DNA of 64,000 nucleotides. It comes from Octopus sinensis (taxonomy: Eukaryota). The notes under the pieces are model-generated. The model was given only the letters and a program-made list of their open reading frames with translations. It ran no database searches and was not told where the DNA came from. Of this stretch, positions 50,695 through 64,000 are shown in pieces (positions within the stretch are counted from its first letter, which is position 1; every line of letters starts with the position of its first letter). The stretch spans positions 26,536,001-26,600,000 of the forward strand of contig NC_043004.1 of the NCBI RefSeq assembly GCF_006345805.1, written 5' to 3'. A program made the position numbers and the translations under genes.

Positions 50695-51576
50695 GCACAC
50701 ATCTCACTTTCTATGTGTATGTACGTATATGCTTGTATTTATATACGTGTACGCATGAGGAAATCAAAAATATGAAATAAAGAATTGATGTTGAATCATG
50801 GAATCGGTAAAAGTAAAATCCAGATTTTGAAATAATTTCAGGAATAAATGGGTAATTTGTATAATATGTGATTTTCATAATAAATATAAAATTATAAATT
50901 TTGCATTTACTAAAATTTAGATACTTGTTCAAAAAGCAACACACACACACTCACACACAATATTTGTAAATTTCCAACAGCAACAACAAAATACTAATAT
51001 TTTTCAAAATTTTTTCTATTGTGTTCTTCCGTGTATAGATATACAGTTTGGTGTGTTTCAGATACTGGAATATTCTACTAGAAATCTTGTTGTTAAAGGT
51101 TTTTATTCTAATATTTCTCCTTTCAGCAACCTTAAATTGAGGAGTAACAAATTCAGTGATCGATTAAAAAAAAACAACAAAGAACTATAGCTAGTTTGAA
51201 TTTTGTTTGATATATTTGACTTGAAACATTTTCCCGTCAATATGAGGGAAAATATTTCAGTCCCTTTATGCAATATTAATCAGAATTGGGGCTGCTTACT
51301 CGGTAAAAATACAACACAAAGAAATATGGCAGACTTTATATATACCAGTATGCAAAAAAGAAAAATTGAATTATCATAGACGGATAGAATAGAACAAGAA
51401 GGAAGCAAAATAGTAAGAGAGTGTGAGGGATCAATCTGACGGGGTAGAGAAATGAAAAAATGTCCCTCAGGGTCACATATTGCGTGATGCGCATAATATC
51501 AGTAACAACAACAACAACAACAACAACAATAATAATAATACTAATACTAATACTAATAATAATAATAATAATAATA

Positions 51577-52975
51577 GACTTACAGTTTCAATATCGTTAA
51601 CTGATCAATTTCTGAAATATGTCAGCTCGACAGAAAAATAAGAAAACTGTTGACAATGCATAGAATGCACTACCCTAAGGCAGATACAGAACGACTTTAT
51701 CTGCCAAGAAAAGAGGGAGGCCGTGGTCTTTTGCAACTGGCAATAACAATGAAGATTGCTACAATTAGCCTAGACACTTACCTGAAAAAGTCTGAGGAGT
51801 GGATGTTAAAACTTGTCTCAAAACATGAAAACAAGAAAGCATCATACTCAGTAACAAAACAGGCAAAGGAATATCTAAGTGAATTCCGAATACAACAAAT
51901 TTCGGAATTAGAGATAGACATACAAGAAACAAGCACAGAAAAAGCTAGGCGCATGAAAACCCGTGCCAAAACTGCGGCCTTATATATTCTGAATAATTAA
52001 TGGCAAGAAAAACCTCTCTATGGCAAATACCCAAAGAGAGCGAATAATGCAGATATTGACAAAGCCCTGACTCATCAATGGCTAATGGCCTCTGGCTTAA
52101 AATCTGAAACAGAAGAGTTTATCATAGCAGCTCAAGATCAATGCATACCAACAAGAAACTACAAAGCCAACATATTAAAGAACGGCTGTAGCCCAACATG
52201 TCGTGTATGCCGACAACAAAATGAAACCATTGATCATGTTGTCTCCAAATGCAGTCTTCTAGCACCTACAGAGTACCTCAACAGGCATGATAGAGCTGCA
52301 CAATATATTCACTGGGCAATTTGCAAAAACCTGGATTTGCCCCATGAAAAAAACTGGTGGGAACACAATCCACCTCCAGTGCTTGAAAATGACCACATCT
52401 CACTCCTCTGGAACTTCACCATTCAAACTGACAGAAAGATAGATACAAATAGGCCAGACATCATATTGAAAGACTTCAGACAAAGAACATGCCTCCTCAT
52501 TGATATGACTGTCCCAATCGATATAAACGTATCTGTCAAGACCTACCAAAAACTGAGCAAATATAAAGATCTTGAAATAGAAATCAGCAAAATGTGGAAC
52601 CTGAAGACTAAAACAATACCTGTTGTCATAGGTGCCCTGGGAATGATAGCGAAAGGGGCTGAACGCTACCTAACTCAGATACCAGGAAACCTCAAAATGG
52701 CAGAAATTCAAAAGATAGTGCTCATGGGAAACTGCTCATATCCTACGCAAAATACTCTCTATGTAATCCCAAGGTTTAAAACAAACTTTTTAAAAAAAAT
52801 TTATGTATTAGACATTCACTAGTACAACACAAAAAAACCCCCAAATATATGGCACACTAGGCATAACAACAACGTGAACTTCCAACCGGTTGTCTCTTGA
52901 GGTCTCTGGGTGAGACTTGGAGCCAACTTGTACAGACATAAAGCAAAAGTCAAACATATAATAATAATAATAATA
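51577..52975 (+). mobile_element. 5'-truncated R4/Dong-like LINE in (TAA)n, relatively well preserved
   Basis: MHYPKADTERLYLPRKEGGRGL, IAAQDQ, CRVC..ETIDHVVSKC, RHD, LWNFTIQTD..NRPDII and K..KYKDL; TAA tail. Confidence 0.93.
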
Positions 52976-53104
52976 AATTCCAATATAAAGTAACAGAGTA
53001 CTGGTGTGAGTATGTACCAAGTAAAGGTTCTGCAGGAGAATAGAAAAGTAACGATATTCTGGGACAATGATTTTCAGACGGATAGTATATTTTTTTCTTT
53101 TTTT

Positions 53105-53512
53105 TTTACTACCCACAAGGAGCTAAACACAGAGGAGACAAACAAGGACAAACGGATTAAGTCGATTATATCGACCCCAGTGCGTAAATGGTACTTAATT
53201 TATCGTCCCCGAAAGGATGAGAGGCAAAGTCGACCTCAGCGGAATTTGAACTCAGAATGTAACGGCAGACGAAATATCTATTTCTTTACAACCCACAAGG
53301 GGCTAAACACAGAGAGGGCAAACAAGGACATACAAAGGGATTAAGTCGATTATATCGACCCCATTGCGTAACTGGTACTTAATTTATCGACCCCGAAAGG
53401 ATGAAAGGCAAAGTCGACATCGGCGGAATTTGAACTGAAAACGTAACGGCAGACGAAATACGGCTACGCATTTCGCCCGGCGTGCTAACGTTTCTGTCAG
53501 CTCGTCGCCTTT
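53105..53512 (-). mobile_element. SINE with tandemly duplicated ~180-bp segment
   Basis: ACCCACAAGG.GCTAAACACAGAG..AAGTCGATTATATCGACCCC..GGCAGACGAAATA repeated at 53111 and 53291. Confidence 0.85.
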
Positions 53513-53655
53513 TGAATATGAACTCTGAACGTAAAGCCGTTAAGGGATTTGCTCGGCGTGCTTAACCATTTTGCCAGCTTGCAGGTCCTTGTTGTGACTT
53601 GACAGATGACTAAAGACTCTGGTGCATTTTTACCTACACTGTGTTACGAAGGAAT

Positions 53656-53912
53656 AATAATCTTTTCTACTCTAGGCACAAGGCCCCAAATTTTTTTAGG
53701 GAGGGGCCAGTCAATTAGATCGACCCCAGTACACAACTGGTACTTAATTTATTGGCCCCCGAAAGGATGAAAGGCAAAGTCAAGCTTGGAGGTATTCTTT
53801 GCCTTTCATCCTTTCGGGGTCGAACAATTAAGTACCAGTTGTGTACTGGTGTCGATCTAATCGACTGGCCCGCTCCCCCAAAATTTCAAGCCTTGTGCCT
53901 ATAGCAGAAGCA

Positions 53913-53915
<3 letters not shown>
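53656..53915. repeat. Inverted pair of SINE fragments with a 17-nt spacer
   Basis: 53656-53779 is reverse-complementary to 53797-53915. Confidence 0.85.
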
Positions 53916-53954
<39 letters not shown>

Positions 53955-54111
53955 GCCTCTCATAACATACACTTTATGCAATATTTGACCCTGAGGGACA
54001 TTTTTTCATTTCTCCACCCCGTTAGAATGTTCCCTCACACTCTCTTACTATATTGGCACCTTGTTCTATTCTATCCTTCTATGATAATCCAATTGTTCCT
54101 ATTTGCATACT

Positions 54112-54148
<37 letters not shown>

Positions 54149-54159
54149 ATAATAATTAT

Positions 54160-54850
54160 TATTCTTTCTTTATTGGCCACCAGGGCCAAACACAAAACAT
54201 AGAGGACGATACACAGACGAGGAACAGTGAGGTTAAACATGTAACCAGCCAACAAATACAACGATGAACAAAGAGATTAAATCAACAATATGCTTCCCTA
54301 ATATGGAGGAGTTCTACCGTAAGGCGACCAAAGAGACCTAATGCACTTTGGACCCCTTACAACCAACGGCTCCTCAGGAAGGCACTCTTTCTTCTCCTTT
54401 CCCTCCGGCCTATAGGCGCACACTTGAGTAGGCTCATTCACGCGGGCCATCCTTGCCACATTCACCCATCTTTCAAGGAATTTACTAGGTGACAGCCTAA
54501 CTCTCCAGCCTCACTTTCCTTTTCAGGTGGAACCTGAAAAAGTTAATGAGGCCTTCGCCGAAGAAAGGGTACCCGTCTGCAACCCTTTTAATCGCGTCCA
54601 CCACAAAACCTCTATTGCCAAAGCCACCAGACAAAGAATAATTGCCCTCCCTTCCTGGCCAAAGGAAGGAGGCTGGGCGATCTTCACAATGGACGCGGAC
54701 GAAAGCCAGATCCGTCCTACACGTGACGATAACTGTTCATGCAGAACAGTTTCATCGCTCTGCGTGCATCTCGGATAAGCCCGATTGACTGCACACCCGT
54801 ACCTGTAGAGCTTATCTCGAACAAAGTGATATCCCCTTATCACTTTGACG
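54160..54850 (-). mobile_element. L1/Tx1-like LINE 3' end
   Basis: VRDKLYRYG....RAYPRCTQSDETVLH, EVLWWTR and FLERW motifs. Confidence 0.7.
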
Positions 54851-55010
54851 GTGATAAAGGGATTGATAAAAAAGTTGTAGTTGGAGTATTTATTTCTCTA
54901 AGTTTATTCTGGTACAATAACAGCAGCATGGAATTCTTTTATTCTCTAGTTTTGATGAAATATTTGTTAATAATTATAATGGAGTATCCTATCTGTTGAA
55001 AATCTATATT

Positions 55011-55099
55011 TTGCATCCGAAAATGACGGTGTCTTTCAAATTGATGTAATGCTTCCATTGTTAGATTAAATGGAGCCGCTTGAGATAGCTGTAATGCAA
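55011..55099 (+). ncRNA. Degenerate hammerhead with long stem II
   Basis: UUGCAU-CCGAAAA-...-GAGA-UAGCUG-UA-AUGCAA; perfect 6-bp stem I; homologous to 35359-35443. Confidence 0.5.
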
Positions 55100-55129
55100 T
55101 TAATACCTTAACATCCTCGTTACTTATTT

Positions 55130-55163
55130 GCTATATACGTGTGTGCGTGTATATACATATATG

Positions 55164-55227
<64 letters not shown>

Positions 55228-55588
55228 ATGTATGTATGTATGTTATGTATATATATATATATATGTATGTATGTATATATAATATATATTGTATGTATGT
55301 ATGTTATATAATATATATTATATTATATATATGTATATATATATTATATATATATGTATGTATATATATATATCTATATATATATATGTATGTATATATA
55401 TATATATATGTATGTAGTATATTATATATATATATATATATATGTATGTATGGTATATATATATATATATATATAATATATGTATGTATGTATATATATA
55501 TATATATATGTATGTATTAATATTATATATATATATATATTATATATATATAATATATTATGTATATATATATATATATATATGTATG

Positions 55589-55651
<63 letters not shown>

Positions 55652-55742
55652 ATATATATATATATATATGTAGATATATATATATATATATATATATGTT
55701 ATGTATGTATATATATAATATATATATTATATGTATGTATGT

Positions 55743-55795
<53 letters not shown>

Positions 55796-55856
55796 ATATA
55801 TATATATATATATCTATTATATATGTATGTATATAATATATATATATAATAGTATG

Positions 55857-55930
<74 letters not shown>

Positions 55931-56247
55931 ATATATATTATATATATATATATATATGTATGTATATATATATATAATATATGTATGCATGTATATATAT
56001 ATATTAATATATTATATATATATATGTATGTAGGTATATATGTATCTATATACCTATATATATATACATATATGTATAATATATAATATGCGTGTATATG
56101 TACATGTAGAGGTAGGTACGTACATATATGTTTATATATATGCATATGTTTTATTCAATTATTAATATTATATATATATGTATGTATATATGTATCTATT
56201 ACATATATATATTACATATATTATCTATATACATATATATATATACA

Positions 56248-56280
<33 letters not shown>

Positions 56281-56473
56281 TACATATATGTAATATATAT
56301 ATATATTATAGATATCATATATGTATATATATATAATAATATACATATTGTATATATATATATATATATATTAATATATATACATATATTATATATATAG
56401 ATATATATATATATAATATATATATATATTACATATATGTATATATATATAATATATATATATATACATATTG

Positions 56474-56512
<39 letters not shown>

Positions 56513-56727
56513 TATATATATATATATATACATATATGTTATATAATATATATATTATATGATATATCATAATATATATATATATATATTATATATTAAA
56601 AATAATATTAAATATAGTATACATATATTATCATATATATATATACATATATGTATATATATAGATATATACCTATATTATATATATATATATACATATA
56701 TGTATATATTATATATACATACTGTAT

Positions 56728-56768
<41 letters not shown>

Positions 56769-56772
56769 TGTA
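55130..56772. repeat. ~1.6-kb complex (TA)/(TATG) microsatellite
   Basis: Directly visible. Confidence 0.95.
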
Positions 56773-57499
56773 TAGGTTCGTTCCGATTCGTCGTTTCGAT
56801 CCACTTCTTGGTCCCCTTTTTTTTATATTAATATTATTATATTGAAGATGCGGTACTCTCTCCCTTTGCTTTAACCTCTTCAATCTTTCTCCCTCCCCCC
56901 TCCTCCTCTCTCTTCGCCGCGTGTCCCCCTCCTCCTTCCCTCTTCCTTGCCTATAAAACAATTCCTTTACACGTGGTTACCACTATTGAAAAGACTGCCT
57001 CCACGCGCTGCTACTACACTTTCGTCCTTGCCAGCAAAAAGGCTTCTCCGTTCGTCCCCTTGTGTGGTTAATTTCCTGTATAGTATTCTTGTTATTTTCT
57101 CGTTTTGTAACTAATTGTACTTTTTGTACATGTATTTTTATTTTTGCAGTTTTATTGTTTGTCTATCCAAAAAAAGGCTTTTTCGTTCGTCCTCTTGTGT
57201 TTGTTTTTGTACATGTATTTTAATTTTGCAGTCTTATTGTTACGTCTTTGTTTGTGTTCGTACTCATTGTGCCCCGCTGCTTGAAATTTTATTTTAATTC
57301 TCTCGCAGGAAGGCCTATTGATTAGTGTTCTGTTATGCCTTCGAAACATGCCTGACTCCTCTAGCGACAGCTGATGACGGGGGTTTTGTCCTTGTGTAAC
57401 CTGTCCTGTATTTGGTTTTCGTTTTCCGTTTCTTGTTTTTTGTTTTTTGGCTTTTTCTGTTTCTACGTCTTATTGTGATGTCCTGTACTTCCGTATAAT

Positions 57500-57610
57500 T
57501 ATTTATATATGCATGTATATATACATGTAGATGTAGGTACGTACATATATGTTTTGTATGTATGCATATATTTTTATTTATCTCCTATATATATTATATT
57601 ACATATATGT

Positions 57611-57675
<65 letters not shown>

Positions 57676-57922
57676 GTATATATATATATATATATACATA
57701 TATGTATATATATATATATATATATATACATATATGTATATATATATATATATATATAATATACTATATGTATATATATATATATATATATAATACATAT
57801 ATATATATATTATACATATATTATATATATATATATACATATATATATATACATATATGTATATACATATATGTATATATATATATATATTATATATATG
57901 TATATATATATATATATATATA
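57500..57922. repeat. (TA)-rich microsatellite
   Basis: Directly visible. Confidence 0.95.
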
Positions 57923-58506
57923 AAATTAATTAAGGGTAGAAATTGATATTTATCAATTAGGACCAGTGGTCTAGCATATTAAAAAAGAATCCGAAGATTA
58001 AAATATTATATATACCAATTAAGGACTGAACACGAAAAGTGGACAGTCAACATGCTAGATATAGACGTCAAATCGCCATTCACCACAAAAGTTATGTTCT
58101 CAGATCAAACTCAGCACAAAACCATAGCAATAAACAAGTGAAAAATATACGAAATAAAATAATTACCCATGTACTAATTAGTTTCAGCTGTTATATATAT
58201 ATATATATATATATATATGAGTATGTATATATGTATGTGTGTCTATATATATATATATACATATATATATGTATTTATGTATATATGTATGTATATATGT
58301 ATATGAATGTTCAATTTATAGGAGAGAGCCAGAGGAAAAATTACAAGGTAGCCAGATGTCACATAAGCACCCTAGGAATTCGTGATCACACTTGCGTGGG
58401 GGTTAATTTCGAAGAGAAGCGAGAAGTGTTTTAGAGAACATAAGAAAAATGGAAAATGGAGACAAACGCTCAAGATGTTATTTAAATCATTTATATCAAC
58501 ATATTA

Positions 58507-58586
58507 CCGACATATGTTTCGATACATGCATTAAAATAAATCCGAGAGGATGAATAATGTGGAACAATGCATCAATCTCATTGGGA
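58507..58586 (-). ncRNA. Degenerate hammerhead motif
   Basis: CCAAUGA-GAU..AUGCAUU..AAUGCAU..AUC-GAAA-CAUAUG-UC; weak stem I. Confidence 0.45.
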
Positions 58587-60649
58587 GGATATGAACAACA
58601 GTGTGCATCAATGAATCATTTTAACAGATCCATTTTCTTCTCTCGTTGTTTGCGTATTTAACTCGCTTGTTTTCGCATTTCATGTTCCTTACACAAGGAG
58701 TAACGTCCTGTACCCATGTATGCACAACAACAGTGAAAGTGAGCTACAACAACAACAGCAGGCCACAAAAGGTGTTTTTCTCAAAATACCACTGATCGAG
58801 AATAGGAAATAACGTTAAGAATTACCTTCGTTTTCAGACGTATTTCCCAATCATTGTTGAAGAAACTCATCAACTTACTCCGATGAAGAGGTAATCAGAG
58901 ATCAGAGGAATGACAAAGTAAAAAGAAAAGGGAAAAGACGCCTCTAGAAAAAGGGAAGATGAGCAGAGGGTGCACAGAGAATGTCATCATCATCATCATT
59001 AGCTACTTGAGATGATGTTTACAATGCTTCGTATAGTGAATTGTTAGAGTTATTACTAATTCTTTGTACCTATCTACGATCTTGGTCACAGTAAGGAAGA
59101 CTGAGCCTTTTAAGTTTAGGTGTCTCTGCTAGTGACATAACACTGAACAATGGATAGAAGATAAACCATTGATCATTAATAAATGACTCTTGGATTTGGC
59201 ATTTGCTTCTTCTTTCATTATATCTTAAATTTCAATAGCTTTTCATAAAATTTCCTGGATCTTTGAGATCATAAAAAGAATTTTTAAAAGAGGATAATAC
59301 TAAGAGATAGTCCAAGGATGGTGCGTGGTAAAAATGTAGAATGAGATGTTTAAAGTTAACTAGACAATGGAACTTTACCAAAGTTATGGCATACAAATGA
59401 GAAGTAATTTCACAAAATTATTTTGGCATCATTATCTGGCGACAAACGAAAAAGAAACAAGAAAACAAACAAATAAAAAATCACAAAATAGACATAAAAT
59501 TTAGTTTGATAAGGATAATGAATAGTAGTGTTAAAGTTTAGCTGAACAGTTTCATGATTCTTTAACAGAAATCATATTAGTATCTTGTGTGCTTAAGATT
59601 TTCTAGACAACGTTCTATATTGATTAACTTTTGCTAACGTCTAGCATCAAGTAAAAATTCAAAGAGAGTTACCAATGAGAACATTCAAATTTGTTCAACA
59701 TCTAAAAATGATGACTATACAGAATTTGCAGATGTATTTTAAATGTTATGTTATTGCGATGAATGTGACATTGGCAAGAATAGAGAAAGCCGAGAGAAAC
59801 GGTTATCTCAAGCTGTGCAGTATTGAAATCAAAAACGGTAAAAGTATGTGGAATGGGTGGATGAAATATAAGTTTATAAGAACAAACAATAGAAATTTCT
59901 GTCCGTCTATTTTGTGTGGAATTCAAAAATAGAAATTGTTGTCAGAGAGGTGAACGTGGTCTGCCGGTACACTACTAGGGACATACCAAAAATACAGTTT
60001 CGATGCTAAATTTTAAATTTCAAATCTAAAGTTTAATCATATATATAAATACACACACACACACGCATACACATATGTCAATGCTAATGTCCATGCATAT
60101 GTACATTATGCCGAAGAAGACATATGAGCGTTCAGCTTTTAGCGAACGACCTGCACAAATGATTTGTTTATAGTGATCAAATGCTCGTGACGCACATTAG
60201 CTCACTCCCTCTATCAAATCGACGTGGTCTGAATAGGTGCACGACGTACCTGAATACATACATACACACACACACATGCATACGTACGTATATATCATGA
60301 ACTAACTGTTATTTTCTCATAAGCAGCACGGAATTTTGTCAGTGAACAGGTCGCGGTTTCAAAGTGACGAAAATATTTTGGCAAATTAAATTTAAATGTT
60401 GAAGTGAATCTAACGTTTTTTGTGCGTTTCTTAAATGGCTTATAAACACCTTCCACGCTGCAATTATTTTCGTTCCAGCACACGATCTCAGATCAGGTCA
60501 TTCGCTATGCAAGTACATATCCCTGTATTAAGACATAGATGATAAAAATATAGAAATATAAGAATATAGACATAGAAAATTTAAGGAGTAACATGAAAGT
60601 AGAACATATAGTTAGAATAAATTAATTATGCGAATGAAAAGATCGGTCC

Positions 60650-60750
60650 AAACCTACGGCCGTTTCAGAAACGTTTTAAGGGGCTGTAGGAAATAATCCA
60701 ATAATCCAAATTCAACTCCCTGTATAAAAACATATCCTTCCTCAGGGTTC
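60650..60750 (-). ncRNA. Type-I hammerhead ribozyme with intact canonical core
   Basis: GAACC-CUGAGGA-AGGAUAUGUUUU(long loop)AAAACGUUUCU-GAAA-CGGCCG-UA-GGUUU. Confidence 0.8.
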
Positions 60751-62130
60751 CTTTCTCGTGGTAAAATCCAGTAAGGCACTACATGGTAAATTTCAGTTGG
60801 TCGTTGAGTATCGAATGGATGAATAAAAATAAAAATATAAATATAAATGACAAAATGAAACCGGACGGACCAAAATATAAGATGTTTCTTTATTGCCCAC
60901 TAGGGGCGAACATAGCGGGAACAATACGAAAAACGGGGACATAAAACAAAGTTTAAAAGTGGATACAAAATTTGGGAAGTGGACTTAGACATAGACCAAT
61001 TACCATAGCATTTAACATACTTGCAGTTTGCTGGAGGAATACAAGTTCGACATACTGGCTGGTACAAAGTACAAAAAGCGACTAAAAGGTATAAATGAAG
61101 CTACTCAGAGGTGGGGATGATGAACTTCATTTCATTTTCCCATTTTCATTTATCATTCATCTTGTAACATACGTTTTTGTTTATTTTACTATGATACCAT
61201 AGACTTTGTCCTGTATGAAAAATTCAAAGTTTTTGTTCAAATTCATTTGAACACTACCATGTGTTTTCGGATCTACTTTTTTTCATTCACAAAATATGCA
61301 TTTTTTAAAAGTAAGTAAAACATCTGAAAAATGGCTATAATGTAGTCTTCCAGTCTCATTGCTATGAAAGTATGATGTTGTGGAGAAGAAATAAATTGGA
61401 TGAAAGCGTTAAAGAGGCTTAAAGATCGAAAAAACTCTGTATTTTTAGCCAATAGCGAGACAGAAATTTTCTGCAGAGCGGTGTCAACTTTAAGGTTGTA
61501 CCCTGTAAAATTTGTAGTTTAGCGTCTGTGACATGACCTGCTCATTGTAGGTTTCTAAATAAACAGAAATACCTAAAAAAATCGACATGTATCATCTTAC
61601 TTTTTCTTTTGTCTCTTCATTTAATGTATGTTATTACTATTTTTTAAAATTTGTTATATTAATATATTTTCCGTATGTGTTTACTTCGTAGCAGCACAAG
61701 CAGTCAGCACCATATTGGATGAGATCTCGTGGCAACCATTGCCATCTCCGAGACTGGAGCGAAACCTCACCTGCATCCATTTGCCATGAGCGCTATTTTC
61801 CGCTCGTTCTGGTCTAACGACCCTCCATGTTTCTTTTCGTTCCGTTTCCTTGTATGTCTCCACTGTCCTGTTTTTGTTCCCAACTTTGACCCTCCATAAA
61901 TCCAAAATTTTCTTTTGGTATTTTTGGGAGCAACTGTCTTTGAAGACTCATATTGTCGTTCACTGCTCGAAATGAGGAGTAGATAGACGGCCGACAACTG
62001 ATGAAGAATCGTCCTTTGTGTTACTTGTCTTGTTTTCCATTTTTTTTTTCATATTTAACTCATTTGTTTTCCTATTTCATGTTGTTTACTGTTGGTGACG
62101 TCGTGTACTTATATATGCACATATATATAT

Positions 62131-62430
62131 ATATTGTTATATTTCGGAATGGTCATATTGCCAGTTTAGCCAATAAAAACACACGCACTATATATTTGGT
62201 GTTATTTTGCTTCATTGATATTTATTTTTTACATTAATCTTAATCTTATTTCGGCCAAAGTTCTTTCGTCACACTCCTGTGACCACATCAGTGGTCCTTT
62301 GTTTTCTTCTCACTTATTTGTGTCTCTCCTTACTAACCGTCAGCCATTTTGTATTTCTATTGTATGTCTTCATTTGCGCATGCTTATATCTCTAAACTGG
62401 CAATATGACCATTCCGAAATATAACAATAT
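62131..62430. repeat. Perfect 39-bp inverted repeat enclosing a hammerhead-like motif (62253-62297, minus strand)
   Basis: 62131-62169 is the exact reverse complement of 62392-62430; internal CCA-CUGAUGU-g-GUCAC(loop)GUGAC-GAAA-GAAC-UU-UGG. Confidence 0.8.
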
Positions 62431-62540
62431 CTGTTTCAACACACGACTTCACATAAAAAATCTTGCACAACAAATATTTAAACGTATATATATATATATT
62501 TATATTATTATCTAACTGAATGCCACGCATCCATTTCCAA

Positions 62541-62589
<49 letters not shown>

Positions 62590-64000
62590 TATATCATTTG
62601 TCAAATAGTGGTGGTGGACAAACACAGCTATCAAGACACACATACACACACACATACTTGTATATGCAATGCTCCTGTTGATGTTTACTGTTGCAAGTGG
62701 GTCATGACTTCAATGTTTTAACAAATGAAAGACAAGACTGAGGATGATGTAGAAAAATGAATGCGAAGTCACAGAATTTAATGAAGAATTATTGAACTGA
62801 TTAGAGACAAATTAACAAAAAATTATAAAATAATTAAAACATTTGTCAGAAATAATATTAGCATAAAACATAATTAATAAGTTAGTCACAACACTTGTCT
62901 GTTTTTCATTATGGTTAAAGTCTGAAAGCTTTTTATTAGCATTATTTTTTTATTAGTCTCAAATTTGTCATTATTTTTAAAAGCTATGTGGAGCCTTTAG
63001 AGAGGAAATTGCAGTAATCAGTTTGATAATCATTATTTGTATTCAAGTTGTTTAATATCAATCAAATTTAATTAGTTTAGTGATGAGGTTTGGGTGTATT
63101 GTTGCATCAGCAAGTTGTACTTTAACATGTAATTGACTTTCTGCCTCATGGGAGCCACAGTAGCTTGAGTTAACAGTGGTGTGGTAGACAGTTGATGTTA
63201 GTCCAAAACCATCAGCCCTTTGTTGAGTTTATGGCCAAAACAGAAAACTTAACAATTTTACAAAGGAATAAACAATTTCCATAAATAAGTATTGTGCACC
63301 ATTGTAAGTAGTGGGAGTACTGTAAAGCTGAGAATGTTTCATATCTTGCAGTATGGAGTTCAAATATTTCAGTTTTGCCAAGATGGAGTGATGGGTGTGT
63401 GAAACCATCTGGCTCTGTACAAAATACAGTGGGGGTAATGGCAGAAGTGAGGGATCTAGCTTGTTTTATATTTACTGGAGCATCGATCAGTTACATTGAT
63501 TAATCAACTGAATCCCTATATACGAAATGAATCTGTAAGCAGCTGAATGTTCCACTGAGAGTTAATGTAGTTTTTTGGATGAAACTATGAGAATAATACA
63601 GACCTTTAAAATACAGGCACAATCCCAGGAGAGAGAAAGAGAGAAAGAAAGAGAGAGAGAGAGAGAGCTTATCTTTAATACTTTATCAACCCCCCCAAAA
63701 AATGAAAAGTAATGTCAGGACATAGAGAACCAAAATGACTATTACAACCTCAAATATTTCTGCCATTTTATCATCATTTATTAATATTCAACTCCAGATC
63801 AGCCCTGGTTAAGTAGGAATTCCAATGATGACCATCCCATCGATTTTTACTACTCCTCTTTCTATTATTTCTAAAATAGTGTCATTTGAATAAAAATTGG
63901 TTGTTATTTCTTTCATATTGAGTGACCTTGTAGAAGATTCCTGTGATTGGTTTAGGTAATCAATACTTTATAAATTCCTCATTTGACAAAGATGACTTTA

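Larger units (their letters stand above)
51345..54113. mobile_element. TA-flanked element with ~138-bp imperfect terminal inverted repeats enclosing a LINE and SINEs
   Basis: CCAGTATGCAAA...CAGGGTCACATATTGC (51345-51483) mirrors GCAATATTTGACCCTG...TTTGCATACTGG (53978-54113). Confidence 0.75.

Noticed and set aside
55128-57923. Many Tyr/Ile-rich ORFs (also at 6095, 10685, 13908, 23415, 50495)
   Set aside because: (TA)n microsatellite artefacts
60295-61510. Two segments ending in CCCTG-TA resembling Tc1/mariner termini (60525, 61507)
   Set aside because: Matching opposite ends could not be located, so element boundaries are unsupported
61930-62010. UUGAAGA-CUCAU..AUGAG and CUGAUGA motifs (similar at 57371)
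   Set aside because: No correctly placed GAAA or stem III; insufficient for a ribozyme call

Overview
AT-rich, microsatellite-dense eukaryotic DNA made almost entirely of repeats. The SINE families and the TA/GT/TAA/TACA microsatellite load suggest an octopod cephalopod (inference, not verified). No intact, recognisable host gene is visible, and nearly all long ORFs in the track are microsatellite artefacts or transposon remnants. Recognisable elements: three mariner copies, an intron-containing Tc1, a Tigger/pogo fragment, a hAT MITE with an 8-bp TSD, two non-autonomous Helitrons, R4/Dong-like RLE LINEs in (TAA)n tracts, RTE and Tx1-like LINE 3' ends, at least six Penelope-like (PLE) remnants, tRNA/CORE-type SINEs and a 3' U6 snRNA fragment. 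The main hidden layer is about 11 type-I hammerhead-ribozyme folds, found by eye. Many have a palindromic minimal stem III, one has a fully canonical core (60650-60750), several share a CCGANGA core variant, and one follows a tRNA-like Pol III head. Other oddities: a 52-bp minisatellite packed with STAT/kB/ETS-like motifs, a nested foldback, a U6-SINE junction, and ~3 kb of decayed, unidentified ORFs at the window start. Coordinates of decayed elements are approximate.
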